A stretch of 50,961 bases of DNA from Luteolibacter sp. (GTDB lineage Bacteria > Verrucomicrobiota > Verrucomicrobiia > Verrucomicrobiales > Akkermansiaceae), in assembly GCA_044237185.1 (NCBI GenBank), contig JBIIFS010000001.1:1-50961 (forward strand), in the 5' to 3' direction. The notes beneath the pieces were generated by a model that was given only the letters and a program-made list of their open reading frames with translations, had not been told where the DNA came from and searched no databases. Below, piece after piece: positions 27,875 through 37,868 of the stretch (position 1 is its first letter; every line of letters begins with the position of its first letter). The position numbers and the translations under genes were made by a program.

Positions 27875-29379
27875 CATCCACAGGAATCTGCTATCTAGTC
27901 GGCGCCGGCCCCGGCGACCTCGGTCTTGTAACTTTACGCGCAAAGGAGTGCATCGAAATCGCCGATGTTCTCGTTTATGATGCGCTGAGCAGTCCTGATT
28001 TATTGAGATGGACCAAGCCAGGTTGCGAAAAAATCTACGTTGGCAAACGTGCAAAAGACCATGCGGTGCCGCAGGATCAAATCAATCAGATCATCGTGGA
28101 TTTCACCAAAGCGGGTAAAATCGTCACTCGCTTAAAGGGAGGGGACCCGATGATTTTCGCACGCGGTGGAGAAGAAGCGGCGGAATTGGCGGATGCAGGT
28201 GTGGCGTTTGAAATCGTTCCCGGAATCAGCTCGTCCATCGCCGGTCCAGCTTATGCGGGTATTCCTGTGACGCATCGCGATCACAATACCCAGCTCACGA
28301 TTTTTACGGGACACGAAGATCCTACCAAAGGCTACACATCGATTGATTACGCCCAGCTTGCCAAAGCTCCCGGCACGAAAGTTTTCCTAATGGGTGTCGC
28401 TCGTTTAAGAGAAATCACCAGCTCTTTTATTGCTCATGGAGCCGCGGCGGATACTCCGATCGCACTTGTGCGTTGGGCTACCACAGGTTCGCAATGGACG
28501 ATTGAAGGAACACTTGAAACCATTGCGGACATCGCCGAGAAAGCAGGTTTTTCATCGCCTGCGGTGGCGGTGATCGGAAACGTTGTAAAGGAGCGCGCAA
28601 AGATCAATTGGTTTGAAAAGCGCCCGTTGTTTGGAAAGAAAATCGTCGTGACCCGCACCCGAGAGCAAGCCGGAGACCTTAGTAAGCGCCTTCAAAATCT
28701 CGGCGCGGATGTGATCGAGCTACCTACGATCCGGATTGAACTTCCCGAAGACCGTGAAGGTTTTGCTGAAGGAGTCACTCATGCGCATGAGTATGATTGG
28801 TTGATTTTTACCAGTCCGAACGGGGTTGAGAAATTTTTCGACGCGTTCTACGCCACCTATAACGATGCGCGGAGTCTGGGAAATCCGAAGATTGCCGCTA
28901 TCGGGCCGGGGACCGCTGCGAAAATCCGCGAATACCGGATTGGGGTTGATTTGTTGCCGAAGAAATTCGTTGCAGAAGGTTTGTTGGAGGCGTTCAAGGA
29001 AATCAACATTGAGAATCAAACCGTGCTTTGGATCAAAGCTGCAGAATCCCGTGATGTCATCTATGACGGACTGATGAATCTCGGTGCGATCGTCGATGAA
29101 TGCATTTCTTATCGCACCGTGCCAGAGTCCGATGATTACACAGGAGCCCAAGCTAAATTCATCGAAGAAGGTGCCGATATGGTGACCTTTACATCGTCAT
29201 CCACAGCTGAACATTTCTTTGCACTTGGCTTGCCCTGGCCGGACAAATGCGTTGCGGCAAGCATAGGTCCCGTGACTTCGGAAACACTTAAATCGTTAGA
29301 TCACAAACCGGCCGTTGAAGCGGCACAGCACGATATTCCGGGACTCGTGAAAGCCATTGAGAATTATTTTAAAAGGTAA
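27871..29379 (+). CDS. cobA: Fused uroporphyrinogen-III C-methyltransferase / uroporphyrinogen-III synthase (CobA-HemD)
   Basis: LVGAGPGD, RLKGGDP and VPGISS, then a HemD domain (VVTRTREQA, FTSPNGV, FTSSST, SIGPVT). Confidence 0.95.
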   Translation: MTSTGICYLVGAGPGDLGLVTLRAKECIEIADVLVYDALSSPDLLRWTKPGCEKIYVGKRAKDHAVPQDQINQIIVDFTKAGKIVTRLKGGDPMIFARGGEEAAELADAGVAFEIVPGISSSIAGPAYAGIPVTHRDHNTQLTIFTGHEDPTKGYTSIDYAQLAKAPGTKVFLMGVARLREITSSFIAHGAAADTPIALVRWATTGSQWTIEGTLETIADIAEKAGFSSPAVAVIGNVVKERAKINWFEKRPLFGKKIVVTRTREQAGDLSKRLQNLGADVIELPTIRIELPEDREGFAEGVTHAHEYDWLIFTSPNGVEKFFDAFYATYNDARSLGNPKIAAIGPGTAAKIREYRIGVDLLPKKFVAEGLLEAFKEINIENQTVLWIKAAESRDVIYDGLMNLGAIVDECISYRTVPESDDYTGAQAKFIEEGADMVTFTSSSTAEHFFALGLPWPDKCVAASIGPVTSETLKSLDHKPAVEAAQHDIPGLVKAIENYFKR

Positions 29380-29408
29380 TAACAGTTGGGAGCCATGCGC
29401 CCTCAACG

Positions 29409-29468
29409 ACCATGCTGACTTATACATCCCCATTCATTCGTCAGCATGGTTCGCGACGACGCTCTACC
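29409..29468. repeat. Perfect 11-bp hairpin / degenerate GTAG-type REP between convergent genes
   Basis: accatgctgac (29409-29419) pairs with gtcagcatggt (29440-29450); GGTAG on the minus strand at 29464-29468. Confidence 0.6.
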
Positions 29469-29471
29469 CGT

Positions 29472-29891
29472 CTAAATATCATTTCTAATCTCACGCAGTG
29501 GATTCAGAACAAAAGGTCGTTCATAGATGCGTGGGTGGGGTAGCTGTAGCTCAGGATGATCGAGTGTGACATTACCAAAAAGGACGATATCGATGTCGAT
29601 CAGCCGTGGGGCATTGCGTAGGGTATGGGGCTCGCGACCGAGTTTTTTTTCAATCGCTTGGGTTTGCTCGAGAAGTTTTAACGGATCGATCCCTGAAAAA
29701 TGAAAATCGACCGCGGTATTGAGAAAACGTGGGGAATCGGGTGGACAGTCCTGGGGTTCCGTGTCGTGAAGCGAGGCAATCAAAAATGGTTCTCCGACAC
29801 TGGCGATTTGGCGGAGCTCCTCAACAGCGGCAGCGATGTTAGATTCGCGCTTGCCGAGGTTGGAGCCGAGAGCGATGGCGACGCGTGGCAT
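29472..29891 (-). CDS. folK: 2-amino-4-hydroxy-6-hydroxymethyldihydropteridine diphosphokinase
   Basis: IALGSNLG, FLNTAV, PRLIDIDI and LPHPRIYERPFVL. Confidence 0.95.
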   Translation of the reverse strand: MPRVAIALGSNLGKRESNIAAAVEELRQIASVGEPFLIASLHDTEPQDCPPDSPRFLNTAVDFHFSGIDPLKLLEQTQAIEKKLGREPHTLRNAPRLIDIDIVLFGNVTLDHPELQLPHPRIYERPFVLNPLREIRNDI

Positions 29892-29911
29892 GCTTCAAAG
29901 TCGATGGGTTT

Positions 29912-31381
29912 TCACTCCTCGAGGTTATGGAGTTTAGAGATGCCGTAACTTGCTTGAACTCGGCGATTTGCTGCCTCGACTTCGGCGCTGGGGACGACGA
30001 GAGGGCGGTTCGCTCCGTAAAGTTCGATGGTATGAAATTCCGGAGGATTTTCCTGCTTATAGAGAAGTTCATGAGCTTGGCTCAGGCTCGTAACCGGAGT
30101 ACCGTTAATTTTTTCCACGGCAAGACCGGTAAAATCATCCATTTGCGAGGTCACAGAATCGGGTTGGATCTGAGTGAGGATGACGATGTCTTTTTTCTCC
30201 GTGAATATTCCTTTTGAAACATAATCGGTATAGAGCCTGCGCACGGTCACATCTGTAAATTTCGAGGCGGCGAAAAGGTTGGTATCCAGCGGTTGAAATA
30301 CCAGTCCAGCAAAGATGACGTATCGGGGTTTTTCCTCGTAGCGAATAGAATACATCCGGGCGGCCGGAAGAGGTTTGAGTTTGATATCGAAATCCAGAGA
30401 GGCACCTTCTCGAATCACTCGGGCAGCGACTTGATCGCCGCTGAATTTACGTTCAACGATTTCGGCGAGATCGACCTTTTCCCCATCGATCACGACTTGT
30501 CCCGCGGAGTCGACCGATTGTCCGTCAAGTGAGATGAGCACGTCGCCGGATTTCAAAATGCCATCTGCAGAGCTGGTTGGCGTGACACGGGTGATGAGGA
30601 TTCCCTTGTCATCATTGGGTAAGCCCAGAGCCTTGCGCATCGCAGGATTGTAAAGTGGGAAATCGCTGATTCCGAGTTCGGCGTATTGATCGTAACTTCC
30701 ATCGGTGATATCCTTCATGAAACGGTTAATGACAGGAGTTGGAATGATGTAGCCGGTGTTGTCCGCTTGGCGGAGGCCTTGAAAAGCAACACCGACAACT
30801 TTTCCGTTTTGGACCACTGGGCCGCCGGAGTTGCCGGGGTTGATTGCGGCATCGATTTGGACGATAAGATGAGAATCGGCACGACTGTGCGAGTAAGGTT
30901 GGAAGTCGATGCGTGAGACGATGCCTTTGGTGACGGACAGACGGGATCCACCGACAGGATAGCCAATCACCGTGACTTCGGATTCGAGTTGAGGAGTATC
31001 TCCGAAAGAAAATACTGGAAAGTCCTTGAAGTCCGAGAAGTCCTCAAGTGAGAGCAAAGCGAGGTCACAATCATGAGCGATGAAATCGACTTTTGCAGGA
31101 TATTTTTTCGAGCTGCCGTGGACGGTGACAAGGATGCGATTTTGATTCGATGCAACGTGTGCGTTGGTGAGAATCTGATTTTTACCAACAATGAATCCGG
31201 TTCCTATGCCGCCACCAAATTGACCGGAGTTCCAAGGAGTTTGGTAATCGGGATTGATGGTATCCACAGCGATCCGAACAACGGATCGATAGATGGCCGA
31301 ATGGTTCGCTGGCTGGCTTTGCGCTTGCAGAAGTTGGAGGCTGATTGCCGTGAGAACAAGAACGGGACTGAAACGAATCAT
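29912..31381 (-). CDS. Secreted HtrA/Deg-type serine protease with PDZ domains (Deg2-like)
   Basis: TNAHV, DCDLA, IDAAINPGNSGGP and C-terminal PDZ regions; signal peptide from ATG 31381. Confidence 0.92.
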   Translation of the reverse strand: MIRFSPVLVLTAISLQLLQAQSQPANHSAIYRSVVRIAVDTINPDYQTPWNSGQFGGGIGTGFIVGKNQILTNAHVASNQNRILVTVHGSSKKYPAKVDFIAHDCDLALLSLEDFSDFKDFPVFSFGDTPQLESEVTVIGYPVGGSRLSVTKGIVSRIDFQPYSHSRADSHLIVQIDAAINPGNSGGPVVQNGKVVGVAFQGLRQADNTGYIIPTPVINRFMKDITDGSYDQYAELGISDFPLYNPAMRKALGLPNDDKGILITRVTPTSSADGILKSGDVLISLDGQSVDSAGQVVIDGEKVDLAEIVERKFSGDQVAARVIREGASLDFDIKLKPLPAARMYSIRYEEKPRYVIFAGLVFQPLDTNLFAASKFTDVTVRRLYTDYVSKGIFTEKKDIVILTQIQPDSVTSQMDDFTGLAVEKINGTPVTSLSQAHELLYKQENPPEFHTIELYGANRPLVVPSAEVEAANRRVQASYGISKLHNLEE

Positions 31382-31404
31382 GTTGGCCTGGAAGTTAGGG
31401 GATA

Positions 31405-31507
31405 AATGGTGAGTTGTGAAGAATGAAGAGTGAAAGTTGAATAATGTAAGTAGAATGAGTTCAGTCAGATATAGATATTTCTTTTTCACTACTCACTCTT
31501 CATCATT
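31405..31507. repeat. Inverted heptamer arrays (aagagtg-type)
   Basis: aatggtg agttgtg aagaatg aagagtg aaagttg aataatg taagtag (31405-31453), then cactact cactctt catcatt (31487-31507). Confidence 0.8.
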
Positions 31508-31515
31508 TACTTTTT

Positions 31516-32430
31516 TTAGCGTCTGCCTATACCCAACAGGGTTTGAAACTTCGGTGGCGCCTCTTCCTTATCTGCAATGAGGGTTTCGATTTCCGTGAAG
31601 CCGGATTTTTTGAGCATGGTCGCGAGTTGGCTCTCGGAGAAGCCCAGCCAGCGATCTGCGTAGAGTTCACGGGCCTCGGTGAAGGTATGTTGAAGGAGAT
31701 CGAGGATGATGATGCGCCCGCCGGGTTTTAAGATACGGTGAGCAGCATCGATGGCGCGCTGAGGGTTTTCTGCGTGATGCAGAGCCTGGCTGAGTATGGC
31801 GAGATCGATGCTGCCATTATCAATCGGCGGGCTCTCGATATCGCCGATACGGAATTCCAAGTTGTGCAGGCCGTTTTTGTGCGCAAGGGACTGCGCAAAT
31901 TCGACCATTTTCGGTGAGAGATCGACTGCGATGACCTTCTCCGCACGTTGAGCAAGCAACTGGGAGAGGGTGCCTTCGCCTGCCCCGAGATCGGCGACGT
32001 TGCGGTAGTTGAGAGATTTGATCAATGCCTCGGCTAATGCTTTCCATGAGCGGCCGGGGACGTAGTCCTTGCCAAAGCGCCCCGCTAATTCGTCGAAATA
32101 CGCACGGGCGTAGTCTTTGCGTTTGGAAAAAATATGTTGAAGTGCGAGGTTATCGGCGCTGGTCTCAGGGATTTCGGCGATGGCATGGGAGACGACAGCT
32201 GAGAGCTCGCTTGGTAGGCAAGCCGAGTAAACATTGTTTTTTCCAGCGCGCTCATCGGTTACCAGACCAGCTGCTTTCAGCTGTGAAAGCTGGGTTGAAA
32301 TCCGGCTTTGGCCCATGCCGAGAATTTCCTGAAGCTCAGCGACTGAGATCGCATCCTGGTCAAGCAGTGCGAGAATCCGCAACCGAGTGGTATCGGAGAT
32401 AAGTTTCAGGCATTTGATGGTTGACGACAT
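31516..32430 (-). CDS. sahR: ArsR HTH + SAM-methyltransferase-fold regulator (SahR-like)
   Basis: ArsR N-terminus ([20 protein letters not shown]) plus VADLGAGEG and LHHAENP; divergent from metK-ahcY, the known SahR regulon. Confidence 0.85.
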   Translation of the reverse strand: MSSTIKCLKLISDTTRLRILALLDQDAISVAELQEILGMGQSRISTQLSQLKAAGLVTDERAGKNNVYSACLPSELSAVVSHAIAEIPETSADNLALQHIFSKRKDYARAYFDELAGRFGKDYVPGRSWKALAEALIKSLNYRNVADLGAGEGTLSQLLAQRAEKVIAVDLSPKMVEFAQSLAHKNGLHNLEFRIGDIESPPIDNGSIDLAILSQALHHAENPQRAIDAAHRILKPGGRIIILDLLQHTFTEARELYADRWLGFSESQLATMLKKSGFTEIETLIADKEEAPPKFQTLLGIGRR

Positions 32431-32442
32431 GGCAAACATGTT

Positions 32443-32470
32443 ACATCAACGCATCACGATTTGACGATAC
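32443..32470. promoter_or_regulatory. Candidate SahR operator: two overlapping ATCA-N8-CGAT sites
   Basis: ATCA acgcatca CGAT (32445-32460) and ATCA cgatttga CGAT (32453-32468) in the 56-bp sahR/metK divergent spacer. Confidence 0.6.
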
Positions 32471-32486
32471 GAAAATTAAAAAACAA

Positions 32487-33701
32487 ATGAGCACCTATAT
32501 TTTTTCCTCAGAATCAGTTGGCGAAGGTCATCCGGACAAAGTTTCTGACACGATTTCCGATGCTATTCTCGATGCCTGCTTGGCGATTGATCCGTCCAGC
32601 CGCGTTGCCTGCGAAACCTTTGTAAAGAGCAACATCGTGGTGGTCGGCGGTGAGATCACCATTCCAAAACTTCAGGACAAGAAGAAGGGAACGACCAAGC
32701 CGATTGATGAAGTGATCAACATCGGCAAGGTGATCCGTGATGCCGTTCGTGGAATCGGTTATACGAATACCGACGATGTGTTTCATGCGGACACCCTTTT
32801 CATCAACAACTACCTCACCATTCAGAGCCCGGACATCGCGCAAGGCGTTGATGCAAAGGCTGCAGACGGCAAGAAAACCAAAAAGCAAGGCGCAGGCGAC
32901 CAAGGCATCATGTTCGGATATGCATGCGACGAAACTCCCGAGCTCATGCCGGCGCCAATCATGTTCGCCCATCGTTTGGGTCGTGAATTAACGAGAATCC
33001 GCAAGGCTGGTAAACTCGCTCCATGGCTTCGTCCAGATGCAAAAACTCAGGTTTCCGTTGAGTATGTGAACGGCAAGCCGACCCGCATCGTCAACGTCGT
33101 GATCTCTACCCAGCACACAGCGGATGTGGCGCACAAAGACATCGAGAAATTCTGTATCGAGCAAGTGATCAAAAAAGTCCTGCCGAAAAACATGCTCACC
33201 TCCAAAACCGAGTTCCTCATCAACCCGACCGGCAAATTCGTCATCGGCGGTCCTCAGGGCGACAGCGGTCTGACCGGGCGTAAAATCATTGTTGATACCT
33301 ATGGTGGCATGGGCCGCCACGGCGGCGGCGCTTTCTCCGGAAAAGATGCATCGAAAGTTGACCGCTCCGCAGCCTACATGGGCCGTTGGGTTGCGAAGAA
33401 CGTGGTTGCAGCAGGACTCGCCAGTAAATGCGAAGTTCAGTTCGCCTACGCCATTGGTCACCCAGAGCCTTGCAGCGTGCACATCGATACTTTTGGCACA
33501 GGAACCGTTTCCGATGCGAAAATTCTCGGGGCCGTTCTTAAAGTGTTTTCCTTCAATCCTGCAGACATCGTCAAGCAGCTCAACCTGCTTCGCCCTATCT
33601 TTTCGAAAACCACCAACTACGGTCACTTTGGAAAAGATGATTCCGATATCACATGGGAGAAGACGGACAAGGTTGCTGCTCTCAAGAAAGCAATCAAGTA
33701 A
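32487..33701 (+). CDS. metK: Methionine adenosyltransferase
   Basis: [31 protein letters not shown] and [10 protein letters not shown]. Start is ATG 32487. Confidence 0.98.
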   Translation: MSTYIFSSESVGEGHPDKVSDTISDAILDACLAIDPSSRVACETFVKSNIVVVGGEITIPKLQDKKKGTTKPIDEVINIGKVIRDAVRGIGYTNTDDVFHADTLFINNYLTIQSPDIAQGVDAKAADGKKTKKQGAGDQGIMFGYACDETPELMPAPIMFAHRLGRELTRIRKAGKLAPWLRPDAKTQVSVEYVNGKPTRIVNVVISTQHTADVAHKDIEKFCIEQVIKKVLPKNMLTSKTEFLINPTGKFVIGGPQGDSGLTGRKIIVDTYGGMGRHGGGAFSGKDASKVDRSAAYMGRWVAKNVVAAGLASKCEVQFAYAIGHPEPCSVHIDTFGTGTVSDAKILGAVLKVFSFNPADIVKQLNLLRPIFSKTTNYGHFGKDDSDITWEKTDKVAALKKAIK

Positions 33702-33737
33702 AAGACAGAAGATAGTCAGACAGAAGACAGAAGATAA
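33702..33737 (+). repeat. Heptamer array AAGACAG (left arm)
   Basis: aagacag aagatag t cagacag aagacag aagataa, between the metK stop and the next ATG. Confidence 0.9.
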
Positions 33738-33740
33738 GAG

Positions 33741-34118
33741 ATGCATAATTTCGAAGAGCTTGAAGTTTGGAAGCGTTCATCGCGTTTAGCGGTGGATGTT
33801 TACAAACTCATAGACGATATCCGTCTGTACAGTCTGAGAGATCAAATGGCTCGTTCTTGCCTTTCGATTCCTTGCAATATTGCTGAAGGTGCAGATCGTG
33901 ATAGCGATCGCGAGTTCCGAAGATTCTTGGCGATATCAAAAGGTTCTGCCGGCGAGCTTAGGACTCAATTATACATCGGTCTTAAAGCTGGAATTTTTTC
34001 CGAGGAAGTTGCGAAGCCTTTGATCGATGAAGTAAAAGAAATATCATCAATGATCGAAGGACTACGTAAGCGTCTGCGTCCTAAAATGATCAACTCTCTA
34101 TTGAGCCTCTTTTTCTAG
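33741..34118 (+). CDS. Four helix bundle protein (23S rRNA IVS protein family, PF05635/TIGR02436)
   Basis: FEELEVWK, LRDQMARSCLSIPCNIAEG and FRRFLAISKGSAGELRTQL are the family signature; 125 aa. Confidence 0.93.
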   Translation: MHNFEELEVWKRSSRLAVDVYKLIDDIRLYSLRDQMARSCLSIPCNIAEGADRDSDREFRRFLAISKGSAGELRTQLYIGLKAGIFSEEVAKPLIDEVKEISSMIEGLRKRLRPKMINSLLSLFF

Positions 34119-34151
34119 TCTTATGTCTTCTGTCTCCAAGTCTTCTGTCTA
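34115..34151 (-). repeat. Heptamer array CTGTCTT (right arm, inverted relative to 33702-33737)
   Basis: ctagtctt atgtctt ctgtctc caagtctt ctgtcta, overlapping the TAG stop. Confidence 0.88.
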
Positions 34152-34206
34152 AACCCCTTCGCATCATCCACTCTATAAAAACAAACAACACTTCGATTAA
34201 AAAAAT

Positions 34207-35619
34207 ATGAGCTTCACAGACTATAAAGTAAGAGATATCGGCCTTGCCGATTTTGGACGTAAGGAAATTGATATCGCCGAGCACGAGATGCCTGGCTTGA
34301 TGGCGACGCGTGAGAAGTATGGCAAAACCAAGCCGCTTCAGGGGGTTCGCATCATGGGTTCGTTGCACATGACCATTCAGACCGCGGTGTTGATCGAAAC
34401 GCTTGCCGATCTCGGTGCCGAGGTGCGCTGGGTTTCCTGCAACATTTTCTCCACCCAGGATCATGCTGCAGCAGCGATTGCGGCTCGTGAAATTCCGGTG
34501 TTCGCTTGGAAAGGCGAGACCTTGGAAGAATATTGGTGGTGCACCTGGCAGGCGCTCGTCAACAAGGACGGCCTTGGTCCACAACTTATCGTCGATGACG
34601 GTGGTGACGCAACCCTGCTCATCCACAAAGGCTACGAAATGGAAAACGGATCCAACTGGATCGACAGCCCGGGTGAGAGCGAAGAGGAGCAAGTCATCAA
34701 AGACCTTCTGAAAGACATTAAAGTCAAACAACCCGGAATTTTCCATACCATCGTTAAAGACTGGAAAGGTGTTTCCGAGGAAACAACCACCGGTGTGCAT
34801 CGCCTCTATCAGATGGCGAAGGCTGGCAAACTCCTCGTTCCTGCCATCAACGTGAACGATTCCGTGACAAAGTCCAAATTCGATAACCTCTACGGCTGCC
34901 GCGAATCGCTGTTAGATGGCATCAAGCGTGCGACCGATGTGATGATCTCCGGCAAAGTAGGCGTGGTCTGCGGTTACGGCGATGTCGGCAAAGGTTGTGC
35001 GCAAGCGCTCCGTGGCGCCGGCGCGCAAGTGGTTGTGACAGAGGTCGATCCGATCTGCGCGCTGCAAGCCGCGATGGAAGGTTTCCGTGTTCTCACGATT
35101 GAAGACACGCTGGGCTGGGGAGACATTTACGTCACTACTACCGGTAACAAGGACATCATCACCCTCGATCACATGTCGAAAATGAAAGATCAGGCCATCG
35201 TTTGTAACATCGGTCACTTTGACAACGAGATCCAGATGGACAAATTGAACAAAGCACCGGGCGTGACTCGTCTGAACATCAAGCCTCAAGTGGACAAATA
35301 CACTTTCGCCACTGGCAACAGCATTTACATGCTTGCTGAAGGTCGCTTGGTGAACCTCGGTTGCGGAACCGGCCATCCATCTTTCGTGATGTCTAACAGC
35401 TTCACCAACCAGACGCTCGCTCAAATCGATCTCTGGGAAAACCGCGAGACCTACAAAGCCGGACAAGTGACCGTCCTTCCGAAACACCTCGACGAAGAAG
35501 TGGCTCGTTTGCACCTCGCAAAAATCGGAGCGAAGCTCACCAAACTTACTCAAGATCAAGCGGACTACATCGGCATCTCAGCGGAAGGCCCGTTCAAAGC
35601 AGATCATTACAGATATTAA
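34207..35619 (+). CDS. ahcY: Adenosylhomocysteinase
   Basis: [50 protein letters not shown] and C-terminal HYRY. Confidence 0.98.
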   Translation: MSFTDYKVRDIGLADFGRKEIDIAEHEMPGLMATREKYGKTKPLQGVRIMGSLHMTIQTAVLIETLADLGAEVRWVSCNIFSTQDHAAAAIAAREIPVFAWKGETLEEYWWCTWQALVNKDGLGPQLIVDDGGDATLLIHKGYEMENGSNWIDSPGESEEEQVIKDLLKDIKVKQPGIFHTIVKDWKGVSEETTTGVHRLYQMAKAGKLLVPAINVNDSVTKSKFDNLYGCRESLLDGIKRATDVMISGKVGVVCGYGDVGKGCAQALRGAGAQVVVTEVDPICALQAAMEGFRVLTIEDTLGWGDIYVTTTGNKDIITLDHMSKMKDQAIVCNIGHFDNEIQMDKLNKAPGVTRLNIKPQVDKYTFATGNSIYMLAEGRLVNLGCGTGHPSFVMSNSFTNQTLAQIDLWENRETYKAGQVTVLPKHLDEEVARLHLAKIGAKLTKLTQDQADYIGISAEGPFKADHYRY

Positions 35620-35640
35620 TTTCCCGTTTTAGGGAATCTC

Positions 35641-35677
35641 AAAAGCCAGTCAGGTTTATCTCCGGCTGGCTTTTTTT
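35641..35677 (+). terminator. Rho-independent terminator after ahcY
   Basis: aaaagccagtc...ggctggc stem followed by T7. Confidence 0.85.
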
Positions 35678-35773
35678 GTTACGATGAGCGCGTGCACCGC
35701 TACCAGCGATGGATCATGCGCAACTTACTTCGCTAATTCCTGACAGCCTTTGATATCGAGTTTGCTTAAGGAG

Positions 35774-35793
35774 AAGGGACATTCCTGTCCCTT
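35774..35793. repeat. Short REP-like palindrome
   Basis: aagggaca-ttcc-tgtccctt, a perfect 8-bp stem. Confidence 0.55.
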
Positions 35794-35863
35794 AATGAAG
35801 ATATGTCTTCTTATGTAAGTTCGCTAGATCTCACAAAGCATTGATGTTTTTGTTTTTTGATTT

Positions 35864-35999
35864 GGGAGAGGCAGGGTTGAGCGGCCCGCTCGACAGTGAT
35901 TACGAAATTCCGGTGCGCGGTGGGACCTAAGGAAATGAAACCCGACGTGTCCGGGTGAACCAGGCCTAGCGGCTACGATATATGCTGGCATCGTCTCTT
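35864..35999 (+). ncRNA. Candidate structured RNA upstream of the DEAD-box helicase
   Basis: GC-rich island in an AT-rich spacer; closing stem GAGAGGC/GTCTCTT; internal hairpins gttgagcg/cgctcgac, acccg/cgggt and acgat/atcgt. G-U pairs favour the + strand. Confidence 0.5.
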
Positions 36000-36058
36000 A
36001 TCGCTCGTCTTTTTCGAAATCATTAGGCAGGCTACGTCCATTACACGAGATTACAATT

Positions 36059-37174
36059 TTGAGCGCATTTAGAACATTGGGAATACCGTCGGATTTGGTA
36101 GAGGGCTTGCAAGAGCTTGGAATCATCACGCCGACGGAGGTGCAGGAAAAAACCATTCCCTTTTTGATCAAGAACGGTGGGGATTTTTGTGCCCAGGCAC
36201 AGACCGGAACGGGAAAAACAGCTGCCTTCGGTTTGCCGTTGTTGACGAAAATCGATTCGAGAAAACCGACGATACAAGGCTTGGTGATTGCGCCGACCCG
36301 TGAACTTGCAAAACAGATAGGCAAGCAGCTATTCCGTTATACGAAATATGCAAAGGAGAAGATTTTCATCGAAGTTCTCGCAGGCGGCGAACCGATGGAA
36401 CGTCAGATTTCGAATTTGAAACGACCGACCCATATCGTGGTGGCGACCCCGGGGCGGTTGATTGATCTGATCAAGAAGAAGGCGCTGACTTTAGCTGATG
36501 TGAAGCATCTGGTGCTCGATGAGGCGGATGAGATGTTGAGCATGGGTTTCAAGAAAGATCTCGTCACCATCTTCGGCCTGACGCGGGGACGCCGCAGCAC
36601 TTGGCTATTTTCCGCGACCTTTCCGGATTCCATTCACGGGCTTGTGAAAGGTGCCATGCCTGGAGCACCTGAAACCATCAAAATTGATAAGGCGCACGTC
36701 GTGAACCAGAATATTGATCATCGGTTTGCCGTTTGTGGCAAGGATGAGAAAAATGAGTTTCTTGCGGAGTTTCTTCACAAGCGTGGCGATGAACGGGGCT
36801 TGATTTTCGTCCGCACCAAGGCAGGGGCGATTGCTCTGGGCAGACAGCTGGAAAAGCTCGGATTCCCCGTAGATGTCATTCAGGGAGACCTTTCCCAGCG
36901 TGAACGCGACAAAGTCATGCGCGGCTTCAAAAACCAAAGAACTCGGATTTTGATCGCCACCGATGTCGCAGCACGCGGAATCGACGTCGAAGGTTTGTCA
37001 TTTGTGATCCATTATCAGCTCCCTGAGCAGTTGGAATATTACACCCACCGCAGCGGTAGGACCGCACGCGCGGGAAAAAAAGGGACCTCCATCGCCCTGA
37101 TCGACCCTCGTGAACGGAAGAAAATCGTCAAATTTGAGGAAGATCTCGGTGTGACTTTTTCGGAAATAAACTGA
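36059..37174 (+). CDS. DEAD-box RNA helicase (core only, no C-terminal RNA-binding domain)
   Basis: Q motif, AQTGTGKT, PTRELA, TPGRL, DEAD, SAT, TDVAARGID and HRSGRTARAG; TTG start. Confidence 0.95.
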   Translation: MSAFRTLGIPSDLVEGLQELGIITPTEVQEKTIPFLIKNGGDFCAQAQTGTGKTAAFGLPLLTKIDSRKPTIQGLVIAPTRELAKQIGKQLFRYTKYAKEKIFIEVLAGGEPMERQISNLKRPTHIVVATPGRLIDLIKKKALTLADVKHLVLDEADEMLSMGFKKDLVTIFGLTRGRRSTWLFSATFPDSIHGLVKGAMPGAPETIKIDKAHVVNQNIDHRFAVCGKDEKNEFLAEFLHKRGDERGLIFVRTKAGAIALGRQLEKLGFPVDVIQGDLSQRERDKVMRGFKNQRTRILIATDVAARGIDVEGLSFVIHYQLPEQLEYYTHRSGRTARAGKKGTSIALIDPRERKKIVKFEEDLGVTFSEIN

Positions 37175-37246
37175 GAAATGTCGCACGCGAGGCTTGCGGT
37201 AAAGAAAAGTCGTCTATAGTTCTGCGCTGCGTTTAACGTATTATTC

Positions 37247-37831
37247 ATGAATCCCATTCTTTTGTTCTCCATTTGGTGCCTCGGTGGCCTTATTGTCGGT
37301 ATTGTCTTCGGCTCATTTTTTGAATGGACCTTGCATCGTTATGTGATGCATCGCCCGATTTGGAATTTCCGTTATGCCTTCCAAGCGCATGCGGTGGTTC
37401 ACCATCAGGTTTTTAAATCGGACAAGACCTATCATCTTATCGATGAGAAAGACAAAATGACGATCCCGATGGCATGGTGGAATGGTCCGGCATTGATAGC
37501 GATCGGTGTAATACCTTTTGCGTTGATCTCGTGGTTGGTCGGTCAATGGGGCTTCGCTCTTGGCGGATTTTTAGCATTTGCGATTTATTACGGCACCTAC
37601 GAATACATTCATTGGTGCATGCATTTACCTAAGGCACGCCGCGTTGAGAAACCGTTCTGGTTCCGTAAGCTTAATGGACATCATTTGTTGCATCACCGCT
37701 ACATGCACAAAAATTTTAACGTAGTCTTGCCACTGGCTGACTTTTTTCTGGGCACTCTGATACTTCGTGCCAAGACCCGTTTCATGCAAGCCACCGGACC
37801 TTCTGTGCCGGATGTGCAACCCGTGTCTTGA
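37247..37831 (+). CDS. Fatty acid hydroxylase / sterol desaturase family membrane protein
   Basis: His boxes HRYVMH, HAVVHH, HWCMH and HHLLHH, plus an NFNV motif. Confidence 0.85.
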   Translation: MNPILLFSIWCLGGLIVGIVFGSFFEWTLHRYVMHRPIWNFRYAFQAHAVVHHQVFKSDKTYHLIDEKDKMTIPMAWWNGPALIAIGVIPFALISWLVGQWGFALGGFLAFAIYYGTYEYIHWCMHLPKARRVEKPFWFRKLNGHHLLHHRYMHKNFNVVLPLADFFLGTLILRAKTRFMQATGPSVPDVQPVS

Positions 37832-37868
37832 GTGTGGTGTTTGGTTCATGGTTGTGTAATCTGCAACC

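Noticed and set aside
31382-31489. N-terminal extension of the Deg protease ORF
   Set aside because: It is a translation of the heptamer arrays; the signal peptide starts at ATG 31381.
32431-32486. SAM riboswitch upstream of metK
   Set aside because: The spacer is only 56 bp and lacks SAM-I/II motifs; a protein operator fits better.
33741-34118. Diversity-generating retroelement (Avd) or rRNA intervening sequence
   Set aside because: No reverse transcriptase, TR/VR pair or rRNA sequence nearby.
35683-35742. 19-codon ORF after the ahcY terminator
   Set aside because: No ribosome-binding site or leader-peptide signature.
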